64,000 nt of DNA, taken from Harriotta raleighana. Taxonomy: Eukaryota. The stretch covers positions 1,652,189 through 1,716,188 of the forward strand of contig JBNZDD010013634.1 of the NCBI GenBank assembly GCA_050575255.1. The letters run 5' to 3'. Of the stretch, positions 62,774 to 64,000 are shown piece by piece. Under the pieces are notes generated by a model. That model had not been told where the DNA came from. It worked only from the letters and a program-made list of their open reading frames with translations, and searched no databases. A program made the position numbers and the translations under genes. Each line of letters begins with the position of its first letter. Within the stretch, counting starts at the first letter, position 1.

Positions 62774-63351
62774 CTGAAGCAAAATAAAATTGGAACCAAG
62801 CAATATTGCAATTGTGTTATTAATAGAGAAGAAGAGAACAGAGATCTGCTTAAGTAGACTTGGAAAGATTTTCAGGAGCCTCTCAGCAGTTGTGAATGGG
62901 TGAGAAGTAGAGGGAGTTAAAAGGCACATCTGCCTGTAATAGAATTAAACAGCAACAGTTTAATATCATTCAACACATACACACACATTTACGTACTCTG
63001 AATCCCAACAAATGTTGACGTGTGCGGCTGGCGGCATAGTTGGGGCAATTCACCATAATTTCAAGACCATCCCTCTGATATAATCCGACAGAGGTTTGAT
63101 CCTCACAGGAATTATAGAGGTACATCATATTCATGCACCCAGCAGCCCATTCCTGGTCGTAGAAATTCTCTGAGAAATGGCATTTGCTGAATATGTTACA
63201 CATTAGCAATAAAACAGACTTAGTAACAGCTAATTGCCACCATCATGGTTGTTGACCATCACCTCCTACTCCACAACAGGTTGAATAAGAATCTGCAGTT
63301 AATCTGCTGATCCTGTGATTTGTAATTACATAATAATAACCATCATCATCC

Positions 63352-63777
63352 TAATAATCCCAGCATTTTCTACGAAGCCTCATCACATTGTCGAGATGTC
63401 TCGAAGCGCTTCAATGGATAAACCTGTAAGGGATAGTGACTGTATTTTGTGGGAGAAACGTGGCAGCCAGTTGTGCGTAGCAAAGTCCCATAAACAACCA
63501 TGGGGTGAGTGTCCAATTTTATTTGCAGGATTGTTGGCCAGGATACCGAGAGAGAGAAACTCATTTCTCTTTTCAAAAGTGCCATGGAATCTTTAACAGC
63601 CACCTGGATAGGTGGCTTAACGTCTCAACCGAACAACAGCACCTCCAAAAATGCAACACACACACCCTGCTTGGACTGTCATCTTAGACTAAGTGATTCA
63701 ACTCCCAACATAGGGGTTGGATGGACCCAGCCTTCTGACTCAGGAGCAAATGAACCAGGCTCACTGAGCCAGGCTGA
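63352..63777 (-). mobile_element. Near full-length Deu-domain SINE
   Basis: gtgccatggaatctttaacagccacctg...ttaacgtctc...cagcacctcc...ccttctgactcagg...cactgagcc. Confidence 0.85.
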
Positions 63778-64000
63778 AGCAATACATTGAGCTCACATTT
63801 GAGGGATTAGCAATGTCTGTGTCAATTTTACTTTATCTCTACCCATACGCCAGGTAACTTCACTTCTCTGAGCAATTAAAACATTCTGCACACCAATGAC
63901 AGGAAAACAGCATGCATGTAAGCCTTTCTATGTACAAACAGCTCTATGCTACAATGGAGAGAAATGACACTCTGGAAGAATGAGATCAAATGGGCAAAAG

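Noticed and set aside
1-64000. The short ORFs of the six-frame track as genes
   Set aside because: All are under 150 aa, many lack an ATG start, they are Cys/Leu/Ser/Phe-rich like random AT-rich sequence, many overlap repeats, and none is a recognisable protein.

Overview
AT-rich vertebrate non-coding DNA. No ORF in the track is a recognisable gene product, and no rRNA, genuine tRNA gene or CRISPR array is visible. The window is dominated by retroelements: about 30 copies or fragments of a tRNA-headed SINE with an L2-type (ATT)n tail, older Deu-domain SINEs, L2 and CR1 3' fragments, several decayed Penelope-like RT pieces and one decayed L1-like LINE near the right end. It also holds a TA-flanked Tc1/mariner-type MITE, several long inverted repeats or hairpins, and a ~148-bp tandem array. 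The repeat complement points to a cartilaginous fish, possibly a holocephalan (inference, not verified). Several repeat-free blocks rich in homeodomain/TALE/TCF-like motifs look like conserved non-coding elements, suggesting a large intron or gene desert near a developmental gene. Two or three minus-strand exon candidates are speculative. I found no well-supported novel multi-gene system; the best leads are the hairpins, a degenerate hammerhead motif, the SINE deletion series and the L1 fossil with possible antisense exons. All homology calls were made by eye and boundaries are approximate.
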